A stretch of 63,693 nucleotides of DNA from an uncultured Clostridia bacterium (GTDB lineage Bacteria; Bacillota; Clostridia; Christensenellales; CAG-314): assembly GCA_947589685.1 (NCBI GenBank), contig CANQCN010000002.1:1-63693 (forward strand), in the 5' to 3' direction. Shown here one piece after another: positions 7,524 through 17,317 of this stretch. A program made the position numbers and the translations under genes. The notes under the pieces were generated by a model. It was not told where the DNA came from, did not search any database, and worked only from the letters and a program-made list of their open reading frames with translations. Position 1 is the stretch's first letter. The number at the start of each line of letters is the position of its first letter.

Positions 7524-7904
7524 TCATTTGTGTATGGAGCGGTACTTCTCCACGGCGGCGCGATACTTGGCGGCAAGCTTGGATATGTAGCTTTGACGTT
7601 CGGCGGGCGTAAGAGTCGCCATATAGTCCTTGTCCGCAAGGCGCATTATCGGATTGGACACAAGCTCGTCGCTTTCGAGTATCTCCACCACCTTGTCGTA
7701 GAACTCTTGCTCCTCGCAAAAGCCGTCGTAGTCGTAGATACGTCTTTCCAGCATGCGTTTGCCCTCCTCGCCCACCTTGCGCTCGTCGAGTCCCATTGTT
7801 GCCGCGACCTGCCGCTCTGTTTTGATGTTGTTGCGAGTTTGCTCCCAAAAACCGTTTTTCATGCGTTCTTTGGCTCGCTTGGCGTATTCCTTGAAAGTAG
7901 ACAT
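7524..7904 (-). CDS. Hypothetical protein, helical and charged
   Basis: ATG at 7904 preceded by GGAGGA. 126 aa. No family recognised. Confidence 0.5.
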   Translation of the reverse strand: MSTFKEYAKRAKERMKNGFWEQTRNNIKTERQVAATMGLDERKVGEEGKRMLERRIYDYDGFCEEQEFYDKVVEILESDELVSNPIMRLADKDYMATLTPAERQSYISKLAAKYRAAVEKYRSIHK

Positions 7905-8027
7905 TTGTTCCTCCGACTGTGCGAAACTTGACGTTTGTTGGATAAATTTGCGATATGGGGTCAAAAAACACAAACTGCTTACCGAAATCTCGGTAAGCAG
8001 TCAGCTTTGGTAAAAAATATTTGCGCG

Positions 8028-8204
8028 TCAGGATCTGTTGCGCTTACGAGCCGCTTCGGCTTTCTTTTTGCGGCGCACACTCGGTTTTTCATATTGCTCC
8101 TTTTTGCGGAGGTCGCCAATGATACCGTCGCGGGCGCAACGTCTCTTGAAACGGCGCAGAGCGCTGTCCAACGTTTCGTTTTCGCCGACTTTGATAGTAG
8201 CCAT
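8028..8204 (-). CDS. rpsU: 30S ribosomal protein S21
   Basis: [48 protein letters not shown]. Confidence 0.9.
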   Translation of the reverse strand: MATIKVGENETLDSALRRFKRRCARDGIIGDLRKKEQYEKPSVRRKKKAEAARKRNRS

Positions 8205-8280
8205 GTCTTTTTCGCCTCCTTTCGGCAACACCGATTTGATACTGTTTTATTATCTCATATCGCGCGCGGTTTGTCAAACG

Positions 8281-8682
8281 TTACAGCGCAAGTTTTTTGC
8301 GGATTTCGGCAAGATCCATTTCCCGTTTGCCCTCCAACGGCCACATCTTCAAGCCGTCGCCGCTTTTGCGCGGAATGATGTGGAAATGCAAATGAAATAC
8401 GGACTGCTCGGCTGCCGCTCCGTCGGCGTTTACCACGTTTACTCCGTCGTAGCCGCAATGCTCCACATAGTGACGGGAAACGAGCCGAACAGCCTCGATG
8501 ACGGCGTCGAGATACTCTTTGTCGCAATCCAGCACGTTGACAAAGTGTTTTTTCGGTATGACGAGAGTGTGCCCCTCCGCGTCGCAGGCAATGTCCAAAA
8601 AGGCAAAGACCTTGTCGTTTTCGTAAATTTTGTGACAGGGAATTTCCCCGTCGACGATCTTGCAAAAAATACAGTCGTTCAT
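8281..8682 (-). CDS. HIT family (histidine triad) protein
   Basis: Starts MNDCIFCKIVDGEIP and contains HLHFHIIPR, the HxHxHxx triad. The ATG at 8682 overlaps the mtaB stop. Confidence 0.9.
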   Translation of the reverse strand: MNDCIFCKIVDGEIPCHKIYENDKVFAFLDIACDAEGHTLVIPKKHFVNVLDCDKEYLDAVIEAVRLVSRHYVEHCGYDGVNVVNADGAAAEQSVFHLHFHIIPRKSGDGLKMWPLEGKREMDLAEIRKKLAL

Positions 8683-9914
8683 AATATTTCTCCTTTTGCG
8701 CCGTCTTGATACGGCTCGGTTATCACGACGTCGACGAGCTTGCCGACGTCGGCTTTTCCTTGAAAATATACGCGCAGATACTGCTTGGTGTAGCCTTCCC
8801 ACATTCCGTTGCGCTTGCGTTCGACAAGGACTTGACAAACGACGCCCGCAAAACTCGCGGCAAACTCGTTTTTCAGCCTAAGCTTGACGCGCCCCAATTG
8901 CTCCGCGCGACGTTCCTTGACAGCGCCGTCCACGTCCGCCCAACCGAACGCCGCGGTGCCCTCTCTCGGCGAATAGGGAAAAACATGCACGTCGGCAAAG
9001 CGGACCTTTTCCACAAACTCGCACGTTTGTTTGAACTCCTCGTCCGTTTCGCCGCAAAAGCCCACTATCACGTCGGTGGTAAGCGCCGCGTCGGGGAAAA
9101 CCTCGCGAATTTTCGTCACGGCTTGCATGTACTCGCGCGTGGTGTACTTGCGATTCATTCGGCGCAGCACGCTGTCGCAGCCGGATTGCAAGCTGAGGTG
9201 AAAGTGCGGGCAAAAATCTACGTGAGTGAGACTTTCGAGCAGTTCGTCGGTAACGACGCGCGCTTCAAGACTGCCCAGACGCAAACGCGTGTTTGTGCCC
9301 CGCAACGCGTAAAACAGCTGCGGCAAGGTTTCGCCCGTATCCCGCCCGAACTGCGAAATATCTATGCCTATCAAGACCGTTTCGGCGGCGTTTGCCCGAC
9401 GTATCTCCTCCACAACGTCGGCAATCTTGCGACTGCGACTGCGCCCGCGTAAATAGGGAACGATGCAGTAACTGCAAAAATTGTTGCAGCCGTCTTGAAT
9501 TTTTACGAACGCGCGGGTACGTTCCTGCGCGGAAAACACCGTCTCGGCAAACACGCTCGGCAGCTGCTCCACGTCCACGCCGCTGTTTTCGATCTCGTTG
9601 ACGATAGCCGTCTTGTCGGCAACGCCCTTGACGAAGCTTACGTTGCGCATAGACGCAAACTGCTCGGCGTTTTTTTCCGCCGCACAGCCCACTATCAACA
9701 CCTTGCAATCGGGATTGAGCTTGCGCGCCCGCTGCACCGCCTGACGGGATTTGCGTTCCGCTTCTCCCGTGACGGCGCAGGTATTTAGCACAAAAACATC
9801 GGCGGGTACAAGCCCGTGTACCGCCTCGTGTCCCGCCGCATTGAGACAGGCTATTATTTGTCCGCTTTCGTAGAGGTTGGTTTTGCAACCCAACGTAAAT
9901 ACCGCTACTTTCAT
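8679..9914 (-). CDS. mtaB: tRNA threonylcarbamoyladenosine methylthiotransferase MtaB (radical SAM)
   Basis: Starts MKVAVFTLGCKTNLYES. The radical-SAM motif is CNNFCSYCIVP. Its position after prmA matches the Bacillus dnaK-locus order. Confidence 0.85.
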   Translation of the reverse strand: MKVAVFTLGCKTNLYESGQIIACLNAAGHEAVHGLVPADVFVLNTCAVTGEAERKSRQAVQRARKLNPDCKVLIVGCAAEKNAEQFASMRNVSFVKGVADKTAIVNEIENSGVDVEQLPSVFAETVFSAQERTRAFVKIQDGCNNFCSYCIVPYLRGRSRSRKIADVVEEIRRANAAETVLIGIDISQFGRDTGETLPQLFYALRGTNTRLRLGSLEARVVTDELLESLTHVDFCPHFHLSLQSGCDSVLRRMNRKYTTREYMQAVTKIREVFPDAALTTDVIVGFCGETDEEFKQTCEFVEKVRFADVHVFPYSPREGTAAFGWADVDGAVKERRAEQLGRVKLRLKNEFAASFAGVVCQVLVERKRNGMWEGYTKQYLRVYFQGKADVGKLVDVVITEPYQDGAKGEIL

Positions 9915-9915
9915 T

Positions 9916-10815
9916 TCACTTTGCCGCAAGCAGCATTGCGCGCCACTCGCCCTTTGCTTTTGTTTGGATAAGATCGAATCGCTCGGAATACAGCGCGAGA
10001 ACGTCATCCGCACGAACGTCCAGAATGCCGCTAAGCGCCAACAACGTGCCGCTGTGCAGCACCGTGGAAATTTCCGAATACAGCCGCGCGAGAATATCCG
10101 CCGTGAGATTGGCAAACACCACGTCGAATACGCCTTGCGTTTGCTCGGTGAGGTCGCCCGTTTTGACGACGGCGCGCTCGCTCAATCCGTTGATAGCCGC
10201 ATTGTGCAAAGCCACCTCCGTCGCCTGCGGATCGACGTCCACAAGCTCGGCGCGCTCTGCGCCCAACAGCAACGCGCACAAGCCCAATATGCCGCTGCCG
10301 CAGCCCACGTCCAAAACGCTTTTGCCGCGCAAGGGCAACCGCTCCATCAGCTCCAAACACATCGAGGTGGTCTCGTGCTGTCCCGTGCCGAACGCCACGC
10401 CGCTGTCCATCAAAAATACCGTTTTGTCCGTCGTTACCGTTTGCCATTCGGGACAGATGACCAGCTTTTCCGTTTCTATCGGGCGAAAGGTCTCCTTCCA
10501 CTTGTCCACCCAAGCGTCGCCGTCCACCTTGTTGACTTCTATCTTCAAGCTGCCCGCGTCCGTCAGCGAGGAAAAGCTTCGGCGTAAAAAATCGAGAACA
10601 CGGTCGGTGTCCTCTAAATTGCAGTAACCCTTTACCACCGCTTCGCTGCCGTAACAAAGCTCGATACCGTCTTCTTTGTAGTCCCAGCTCGAATCGGCGT
10701 ACAGGTCGTTTACGTCATAAATACTGACGCCGTCCATACAGACCTCGGAAAGGAAGTAGGCAACCACTTCGGACTTTTCCGTCGTCGTATAAACGGCTAT
10801 TTCACTGAAATACAT
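9916..10815 (-). CDS. prmA: Ribosomal protein L11 methyltransferase PrmA
   Basis: SAM motif VLDVGCGSGILGL, about 300 aa, with conserved locus context. Confidence 0.85.
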   Translation of the reverse strand: MYFSEIAVYTTTEKSEVVAYFLSEVCMDGVSIYDVNDLYADSSWDYKEDGIELCYGSEAVVKGYCNLEDTDRVLDFLRRSFSSLTDAGSLKIEVNKVDGDAWVDKWKETFRPIETEKLVICPEWQTVTTDKTVFLMDSGVAFGTGQHETTSMCLELMERLPLRGKSVLDVGCGSGILGLCALLLGAERAELVDVDPQATEVALHNAAINGLSERAVVKTGDLTEQTQGVFDVVFANLTADILARLYSEISTVLHSGTLLALSGILDVRADDVLALYSERFDLIQTKAKGEWRAMLLAAK

Positions 10816-10819
10816 TTTG

Positions 10820-11146
10820 TTACTTTATAAGCAGATCGATAAGCAGCTTGGCATTTTCCCAATCGCGCTTGTTGATAAGGTAACGCGTGCGCCCGTCTTC
10901 CGTTATCGTGTAGTACTTGCGGGTGGCGCCCACGTTTTCTCCCCAATATCCCTTGATGAAGCCTTCGTCCTCCAAACGGTGATAGGCGGAATAAAGACTC
11001 TGCTCGTTGGGTATATAGAGGTTGTTGGTCTTTTTGGCGATATACTTGCGAATCTCGTTTCCGTACTTGGTGCCGTCCATCAGCGCCGACAGTACAAACG
11101 TATCTATATGCCCGCGAAGCAGATCGCTGGAAATTACGTTCTTCAT
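10820..11146 (-). CDS. PadR family transcriptional regulator
   Basis: 108 aa with LRGHIDTFVLSALMDGTKYGNEIRKYI...SLYSAYHRLEDEGFI...RKYYTITEDG, a PadR winged-helix pattern. Confidence 0.85.
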   Translation of the reverse strand: MKNVISSDLLRGHIDTFVLSALMDGTKYGNEIRKYIAKKTNNLYIPNEQSLYSAYHRLEDEGFIKGYWGENVGATRKYYTITEDGRTRYLINKRDWENAKLLIDLLIK

Positions 11147-11393
11147 TTGTTCTCCATACTATGTCTGTAATATAGATTAGCAAAAACAAACAAATTTGTA
11201 AAGTGCAAAAGGGACATTTTTGTAAAAAAAAATATTATTAAAATTTATCGCAAATATGAAACGCGTGAAACATCGCCAAGAGGCGCCGAAATGGCGTTTA
11301 ATTGCACCGTCACCGTGCAGACAACAGCATTGTTGGATAAAAAACGAACAAACAGAGCGACTTTTGAGCCGCTTTTACGATAAGAATTTATCT

Positions 11394-11621
11394 TTACACG
11401 GTAAAAATGTCGTCGTATTCCGCCTTCAAAATTTTCTTTATCAAAATTATTTCGTCGGGGTAAATATGCCGTTGCCCCACTTCCATTTTGGCTATCGCGC
11501 TTCGGGTAATATCGCAGCCGCAAACTTGCAATCTCGCCGCAAGGGCTTCTTGCGTCAATCCCGCATTTTCACGAAGTTGTCTGATATTGTTGCCTATTCT
11601 TTTTTCGATGATTGCGTCCAT
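11394..11621 (-). CDS. XRE family helix-turn-helix transcriptional regulator
   Basis: 75 aa. IGNNIRQLRENAGLTQEALAARLQV...SAIAKMEVGQR is a Cro/C1-type HTH. It is divergent from the low-GC operon at 11729-13328. Confidence 0.85.
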   Translation of the reverse strand: MDAIIEKRIGNNIRQLRENAGLTQEALAARLQVCGCDITRSAIAKMEVGQRHIYPDEIILIKKILKAEYDDIFTV

Positions 11622-11654
11622 AATCTTGTTTGCACTTATTTCAGAACAAAATAC

Positions 11655-11683
11655 TTGACTTAATTATAGACATAACGTATAAT
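11655..11683 (+). promoter_or_regulatory. Promoter TTGACT-N17-TATAAT for the plus-strand low-GC operon
   Basis: TTGACT at 11655-11660 and TATAAT at 11678-11683 with exact 17-nt spacing. Confidence 0.6.
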
Positions 11684-11686
11684 AAG

Positions 11687-11708
11687 TTTGCACCTATATA
11701 GGTGCAAA
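11687..11708. promoter_or_regulatory. Perfect 22-bp palindrome TTTGCACCTATATAGGTGCAAA (candidate operator of the XRE regulator)
   Basis: Begins 4 nt after the -10 box. A half-site-like GTTTGCAC also occurs at about 11629-11636. Confidence 0.55.
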
Positions 11709-11728
11709 TATAATTAAAAGAGGTCAAT

Positions 11729-11896
11729 ATGTCAAAACGAAAAAGACCGTTGCCTATTTTGGGTATCATCTATGCGGCGGTTTTGGGAATACTTGTGACA
11801 GTGATGGTCGTCGGATTTATTCTCATTGCAACAACTACCAAGCCAAAGGAAGAAAATAAGGAGGAGCTAAGCTATGCCGCTTGTCAAATGTCCTAA
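11729..11896 (+). CDS. Small single-pass membrane peptide (55 aa), below the ORF-track length cut-off
   Basis: ATG at 11729 preceded by AAAGAGG. The sequence is MSKRKRPLPILGIIYAAVLGILVTVMVVGFILIATTTKPKEENKEELSYAACQMS. It overlaps the next gene start by 23 nt. Confidence 0.5.
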   Translation: MSKRKRPLPILGIIYAAVLGILVTVMVVGFILIATTTKPKEENKEELSYAACQMS

Positions 11897-12413
11897 TTGC
11901 GGAGAGGACGTCAGCGACAGCGCGGAAATATGCGTTCATTGCAAGTGCAGCTTGAAGCGTGCCGCAAAAAAAGAGAGCAAAAAAAACTTTTCAGACCTGT
12001 CGTCAGCCGAACAATCTCAATACTGTGATGAATTTAACGCACAAAATAAAGAGTGCAATCGAATTTTTTATCAAGCACAAAACAAAAAGATAATCGATAA
12101 CGCCACTTGGCTCACCTCTATTCCTCACGTTGCGGTTTATTTCATATTTGGCTTTTATCTCCGCGACAGGATAGAATTTGAGTCGATCGATCTTGTTTAT
12201 TTTGCGCTGTTTATTCTGCCGTTTTGTTTGTCTTTTGTTATTTATCTGGCAAATTTGATCGCATCTGTCTGCCTAAGAAAAACTTGGCGCAAACGAAAAG
12301 TAATCTATATTGCGGAATTTGACAAATGGCTGCAAGAAAACAAACAAGTAGCGCTGAAATATTCCTTTACAAAACGAGAAAAAATGTTGTATCACAAACT
12401 TTATGTTAAATAG
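11874..12413 (+). CDS. Zinc-ribbon membrane protein (N-terminal CxxC-x13-CxxC, then 2-3 TM helices)
   Basis: Starts MPLVKCPNCGEDVSDSAEICVHCKC, with RBS AGGAGG. Low GC. Confidence 0.7.
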   Translation: MPLVKCPNCGEDVSDSAEICVHCKCSLKRAAKKESKKNFSDLSSAEQSQYCDEFNAQNKECNRIFYQAQNKKIIDNATWLTSIPHVAVYFIFGFYLRDRIEFESIDLVYFALFILPFCLSFVIYLANLIASVCLRKTWRKRKVIYIAEFDKWLQENKQVALKYSFTKREKMLYHKLYVK

Positions 12414-12425
12414 GAGGAAAAAGCA

Positions 12426-13328
12426 ATGGCACTGTTAAAATGCCCTGAATGCGGACACGATATTTCATCCAATGCCAAAGCGTGTCCTAATTGCGGCGCG
12501 GAAATATGTATCTGTCCCGACTGCGGCACGGCATACGTTGGCAAACAAAGAGAATGCGCAAAATGCGGTTATTTGTTTGAGAAAAAAAACGATATTCAAT
12601 CCGAAATCGACGATGCGCAAGACGCGACGTCGGTAAAAGAAAAATGGTTCGCCCGCGCCAACGAGGATAAAAATACCATAAAAAATCTCAAATATTGGGG
12701 ATATGCTATCAAAGTACTTGAAGCTATACCCGTATTAGCTTTTATAATAGTATATATCACATGGACTCGGAAAACTCCGGAAGAACGTTTATTTACTGTC
12801 AACAACGTTATAGACGATATAAAAATTTGCTGTATAGTAAGCAGTATAACTATTGTATTGTTCGGTATATTGGATTTCGTCAAACGTCCTATTGTCGAAA
12901 AGCGCTTTGCAGATTGGCTTTTGCGCAATAAGCTCGACATGACCGATTATATAAAGCAACATTCGGATGAGATCAATACGGATAATGACGAGATCACGGA
13001 CGATATGATGCTTATTGTGCGCGGCAATTATATCGCAAAAAATCCCGACGTAAAAAACAAATTTTACGCTTGGCTCTCGGCAAAAGTTGTGTTGCTGATA
13101 GCGCTGGCAATAATCTCCTATTACTGTTTGTTTGAAAACATAAAAATAATAATTGGGTTTAATATGCTGCAACAGAAGCTTGATTTCGCAAAGCTGGATT
13201 ATGTATTGATAGGAATAAACGTCGCGTTTGTGATTGCAGACGGCGTTTTCGATAGCATTTGGGACAAAAAATGTTCGTCGCCGTTAGCGGAATTCAGGGA
13301 CAAAACTACAAAAGACGAGGAAGAATGA
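12426..13328 (+). CDS. Double zinc-ribbon membrane protein (paralogous N-terminus, about 4 TM helices)
   Basis: Starts MALLKCPECGHDISSNAKACPNCGAEICICPDCGTAYVGKQRECAKCG, with RBS AGGAGG. Very low GC. Confidence 0.7.
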   Translation: MALLKCPECGHDISSNAKACPNCGAEICICPDCGTAYVGKQRECAKCGYLFEKKNDIQSEIDDAQDATSVKEKWFARANEDKNTIKNLKYWGYAIKVLEAIPVLAFIIVYITWTRKTPEERLFTVNNVIDDIKICCIVSSITIVLFGILDFVKRPIVEKRFADWLLRNKLDMTDYIKQHSDEINTDNDEITDDMMLIVRGNYIAKNPDVKNKFYAWLSAKVVLLIALAIISYYCLFENIKIIIGFNMLQQKLDFAKLDYVLIGINVAFVIADGVFDSIWDKKCSSPLAEFRDKTTKDEEE

Positions 13329-13370
13329 TCTAAATGTTTGGCAATTATCGATTGTTTACATAAAAATCGA

Positions 13371-13401
13371 CGGCGAAGCGTATAAGCGCTTCGCCGTTTT
13401 T
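13371..13401 (+). terminator. Rho-independent terminator of the low-GC operon
   Basis: Hairpin CGGCGAAGCG/CGCTTCGCCG followed by T5. Confidence 0.7.
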
Positions 13402-13545
13402 ACATAAAGATAAGCTTTTACGATGAAATAACTCGTTCGCCGATGTGAGAGGAAAAAGCAATCGTACAGAATATTGTAGGTAGTAAATCGACTCGTTTTA
13501 GCTTGTAATGTACCGACGCGCAATATCTTTACAAAAAATCGCAAC

Positions 13546-13571
13546 AAAAACGCCGCGCGAAGTGCGCGGCG
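13546..13571 (-). terminator. Rho-independent terminator after dnaJ
   Basis: Hairpin CGCCGCGC/GCGCGGCG. The A5 run on the plus strand is a U run on the minus strand. Confidence 0.65.
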
Positions 13572-13610
13572 TCAAAAACCGAGTGGTCGGTAGTTAAAAC
13601 GCGTGTGACA

Positions 13611-14756
13611 TTACTTTTTGGGATAGGTCTTTGCGATCTCGTCCAAAAAAGCGCGGCGTTTGGAATAGTTTTTGAGAGTGTTGTCGCTTTCGAATTGCTC
13701 CAACGCCTTTTTTTGACCGCGGGTGATACCCTTGGGCACTTCCACGCTGATAGTCGCAAACAGATCGCCCACCGCTCCTCGCTGAGTGCGCACGCCTCTG
13801 CCGCGGAAACGCAGCGTTTCTCCGTTTGCCGTACCCTCGCCGAGATTGTGAATAAACACTCCGTCGGGGGCGGGGATCTCGATCTGTCCGCCGCACACCG
13901 CCGTCAAGTAGCTGACGGGCACCGTTACGTAGAGGTCGTAGCCGTCTCGCTTGAACAACGCGCTGGGTTTGACGGAAAACTCCAACAGCAAATTGCCGTT
14001 TCGTCCGTTGCCGTTACGCGGAGCGTTGCCTTCGCCCGTAAGTTGCAACACGGAGCCGTTTTCCACGCCGGCGGGAACGGTCACGTTGATGACCTTGTTT
14101 TTGGTCACAACGCCCTTGCCTCCGCACGTTTTGCACGCTTCGGTGACCACCTTGCCCGTGCCGCCGCATTTGTCGCAGGCGCCGACGGTGATCTGCTGAC
14201 CGAAAATGGTGTTTTGCACATGACGGACCTGCCCGCTGCCGCCGCACTTGTCGCAGACCTTGACGTGAGCGTCGTCCTTTGCGCCCGTGCCCTTGCAGGC
14301 GGGACACTTTTCCAAACGGGAAAAATTGACGGGTTTGGTGCAGCCCAAAACGGATTCCATAAAGCTCAGCTCTATCCGATAGGTGATGTCGCTGCCCACC
14401 GCGGAAGAAGCGCCTCTTCGACGAGAACGACTGCCCCCGAAGCCGAAAGCGTCGCTGAACATATCGAAGATGTCGTCGAAGCCCGTAGCCGTAAAGCCGC
14501 CCGAACCGCCGTTGAACGGATTGAAACCCGCGCCGCCCATATCCATTTCGCCGCGATCGTACTTGCCCCGCTTGTCGGGATCGCCCACCACGGAATACGC
14601 TTCGTTGATCTCCTTGAATTTTTCCGCGGCGGCATTGTCGCCCGGATGCAGATCGGGGTGATACTGCTTGGCGAGACGTCTGTACGCGGACTTGATGTCG
14701 TCCTGCGACGCGGTCTTGTCTACGCCCAATATTTTGTAGTAGTCTTTTGTCGGCAT
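13611..14756 (-). CDS. dnaJ: Molecular chaperone DnaJ
   Basis: J domain (DYYKILGV...YHPD) and four CxxCxGxG zinc-finger repeats. Confidence 0.95.
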   Translation of the reverse strand: MPTKDYYKILGVDKTASQDDIKSAYRRLAKQYHPDLHPGDNAAAEKFKEINEAYSVVGDPDKRGKYDRGEMDMGGAGFNPFNGGSGGFTATGFDDIFDMFSDAFGFGGSRSRRRGASSAVGSDITYRIELSFMESVLGCTKPVNFSRLEKCPACKGTGAKDDAHVKVCDKCGGSGQVRHVQNTIFGQQITVGACDKCGGTGKVVTEACKTCGGKGVVTKNKVINVTVPAGVENGSVLQLTGEGNAPRNGNGRNGNLLLEFSVKPSALFKRDGYDLYVTVPVSYLTAVCGGQIEIPAPDGVFIHNLGEGTANGETLRFRGRGVRTQRGAVGDLFATISVEVPKGITRGQKKALEQFESDNTLKNYSKRRAFLDEIAKTYPKK

Positions 14757-14839
14757 TGTTACCTCTTACACCAAAGCAGGAAGCCTTGCTTTTGCAAGAC
14801 TTCTTGCCCCGATGAATAATTTTTTAACTTGGTATCAGA

Positions 14840-16660
14840 TCATTTCTTGTCGTCGTCGTGAACGTCGTACTTTACTTCGCTGCCGTCCGCTTGCTGCGAC
14901 GATTGCTGAGCTTGTTGCGCTTGTTGATAGAACTTTTGGAAAATTCCCGCGGAGCTTTGCGCGATGCGATCGGTCTCCGCTTTGAGTTCTTCCGTGGTTG
15001 CGCCGCTCTTGTTGAGAACTTCCTTGCCCTTGGATATTTCCTCCTCCAACTTTGCCTTGTCGTCGGCGTCCAGCTTGTCTCCGCTTTCGCGAAGGAACTG
15101 TTCGAGAGACAATATCATCTGGTCGAGCCCGTTGTGAGCCTCTACCGCTTCACGACGTTTTTTGTCCTCTTCGGCATACTTTTCGGCGTCCTTGACAGCC
15201 TTGTCGATGTCCGCCTCGGACAAATTGGTGCTGGACGTGATGGTAACGGACTGCTCCTTTTGCGTGCCGAGATCCTTTGCCGTAACATGTACGATACCGT
15301 TGGCGTCGATGTCGAACTTGACCTCGATCTGCGGTATTCCGCGCGGAGCGGGAGCTATTCCCGTCAAGCTGAAACGTCCGAGAGTTTTGTTGTCCGCAGC
15401 CATTTCGCGTTCGCCCTGCAACACGTGGATGTCAACGCTCGTCTGGTTGTCCGCCGCAGTGGAGAATATCTGCGATTTGCTGGTGGGAATGGTCGTGTTA
15501 CGCTCGATGAGGCGCGCGGTAACTCCGCCCAAAACCTCTATGCCGAGCGACAGCGGGGTCACGTCGAGCAACAGCACGTCCTTGACTTCGCCGCCCAATA
15601 CGCCGCCTTGAATCGCCGCTCCGATAGCCACGCACTCGTCGGGGTTGATACCCTTGTAGGGCTCCTTGCCGCAGTAGTTTTTGACCGCTTCCACAACGGC
15701 GGGAATACGTGTGGAGCCGCCTACGAGAATGACGCGGTTGAGGTCGTTGTTGGTCACGCCGGCGTCCTCCATTGCTTTACGCATTGGTTCGATAGTCTTT
15801 TTGATGATACCGTCGATGAGGCTCTCGAATTTTGCGCGCGTAAGCTCGATCTCCAAATGCTTGGGACCCGTTGCGTCCGCCGTGATGAAGGGCAGAGAAA
15901 CGGTGGTTTTGAGCGTTGCGGACAGCTCGATCTTTGCCTTTTCGGCTGCCTCTTTGAGACGCTGCAAAGCCTGTTTGTCGTTGCCGAGGTCGATACCGCT
16001 GGTCTTTTTGAACTCCGCGATCAGGTAGTCCATTATCAGCTTGTCGATGTCGTCGCCGCCCAAACGGTTGTTGCCGTTGGTTGCAAGCACCTCGAATACG
16101 CCGTCGCCGATTTCCAGAATGGACACGTCGAACGTGCCGCCGCCGAGGTCGTAAATAAGTATTTTTTGATTTTTGTTTTCACCCTTGTCCAGACCGTAAG
16201 CAAGAGCCGCAGCCGTGGGTTCGTTGATGATACGCAACACCTCCAACCCCGCGATCTTGCCAGCGTCCTTGGTCGCCTGACGCTGCGCGTCGCTGAAATA
16301 CGCGGGTACGGTGATGACTGCCTGCGTCACCTTTTCGCCGAGATATGCCTCCGCGTCCGCTTTGAGCTTGCTCAAAATGATGGCGGAGATCTCCTGCGGC
16401 GAGTAATGCTTGCCGTCGATGTTGACGGTGTAGTTGCTGCCCATTTCGCGCTTTATCGACAACACCGTTCTGTCGGCGTTGACGACCGCCTGACGCTTTG
16501 CCACTTGTCCTACCAAGCGCTCGCCGTCCTTGGTAAACGCAACGATGGACGGTGTGGTCCTGTTTCCTTCCGCATTGGCTATTACCGTAGGCTCGCCGCC
16601 TTCCAGCACCGCAACGCAGCTGTTTGTCGTACCGAGGTCTATTCCTATAATTTTTCCCAT
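14840..16660 (-). CDS. dnaK: Molecular chaperone DnaK (Hsp70)
   Basis: [21 protein letters not shown], and an overall Hsp70 pattern. 606 aa. Confidence 0.97.
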   Translation of the reverse strand: MGKIIGIDLGTTNSCVAVLEGGEPTVIANAEGNRTTPSIVAFTKDGERLVGQVAKRQAVVNADRTVLSIKREMGSNYTVNIDGKHYSPQEISAIILSKLKADAEAYLGEKVTQAVITVPAYFSDAQRQATKDAGKIAGLEVLRIINEPTAAALAYGLDKGENKNQKILIYDLGGGTFDVSILEIGDGVFEVLATNGNNRLGGDDIDKLIMDYLIAEFKKTSGIDLGNDKQALQRLKEAAEKAKIELSATLKTTVSLPFITADATGPKHLEIELTRAKFESLIDGIIKKTIEPMRKAMEDAGVTNNDLNRVILVGGSTRIPAVVEAVKNYCGKEPYKGINPDECVAIGAAIQGGVLGGEVKDVLLLDVTPLSLGIEVLGGVTARLIERNTTIPTSKSQIFSTAADNQTSVDIHVLQGEREMAADNKTLGRFSLTGIAPAPRGIPQIEVKFDIDANGIVHVTAKDLGTQKEQSVTITSSTNLSEADIDKAVKDAEKYAEEDKKRREAVEAHNGLDQMILSLEQFLRESGDKLDADDKAKLEEEISKGKEVLNKSGATTEELKAETDRIAQSSAGIFQKFYQQAQQAQQSSQQADGSEVKYDVHDDDKK

Positions 16661-16723
16661 AATATATCTCCTTTCATTATTTTATTTGTTTTGCCCCATG
16701 CGGGGTCGACTGTTAAGTCAAAC

Positions 16724-17317
16724 TTATGCGCCCACTATCACTTCGGCATAGCGCAGCACTTTTTCGCCCAAAACGTAGCCTTTTTTGTACACCTCGACCA
16801 CCACGTCTTTGTTGTCCTCGCCGCGGTCGATCTTGGACAAGGCGTTCATCCTGAGCGGATCGAACGGTTTGCCGAGAACGTCCATTTCCTCCACGCCGAA
16901 TTCGCGCAGTATGCGGACGAATTGAACGTAGATCATTTCGAATGCTTTGAGATTGTCGCCGTCGAGATGTTGCTTTGCAAGGTCGAAGTTGTCGCATACG
17001 GCGATGAGCTTGGTCACCACGGCGGTGACGCCTTCCGTTTTGGCTTGCTCGCCGTTGAATTTCATTCGGCGTTTGTAGCTTTCGAAGTCGTTTTTCATCG
17101 CGACCAATTGGTTAAGATAGCTATCCGATTTGTCCGCCGAGCTTTGCAGCCGTTTTACCGTTTTGTGCAGCTTTTCGTTTTCCGCTTTGAGGCTTTCCGT
17201 CTCGGCGATAAGCTTTTCGTTTTCCTCCGTCAAAGCCTTTTCCAACTCCGTTTGAGTTTGTTCTATCGGCTGAGGCGCCGTCTCCGTATATTCGTTGTGT
17301 TTTTTTTCTTTACTCAT
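16724..17317 (-). CDS. grpE: Nucleotide exchange factor GrpE
   Basis: Coiled-coil N-terminus plus a GrpE C-terminal pattern (YKRRMKFNGEQAK...GKPFDPLRMNA...). Located between hrcA and dnaK. Confidence 0.9.
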   Translation of the reverse strand: MSKEKKHNEYTETAPQPIEQTQTELEKALTEENEKLIAETESLKAENEKLHKTVKRLQSSADKSDSYLNQLVAMKNDFESYKRRMKFNGEQAKTEGVTAVVTKLIAVCDNFDLAKQHLDGDNLKAFEMIYVQFVRILREFGVEEMDVLGKPFDPLRMNALSKIDRGEDNKDVVVEVYKKGYVLGEKVLRYAEVIVGA

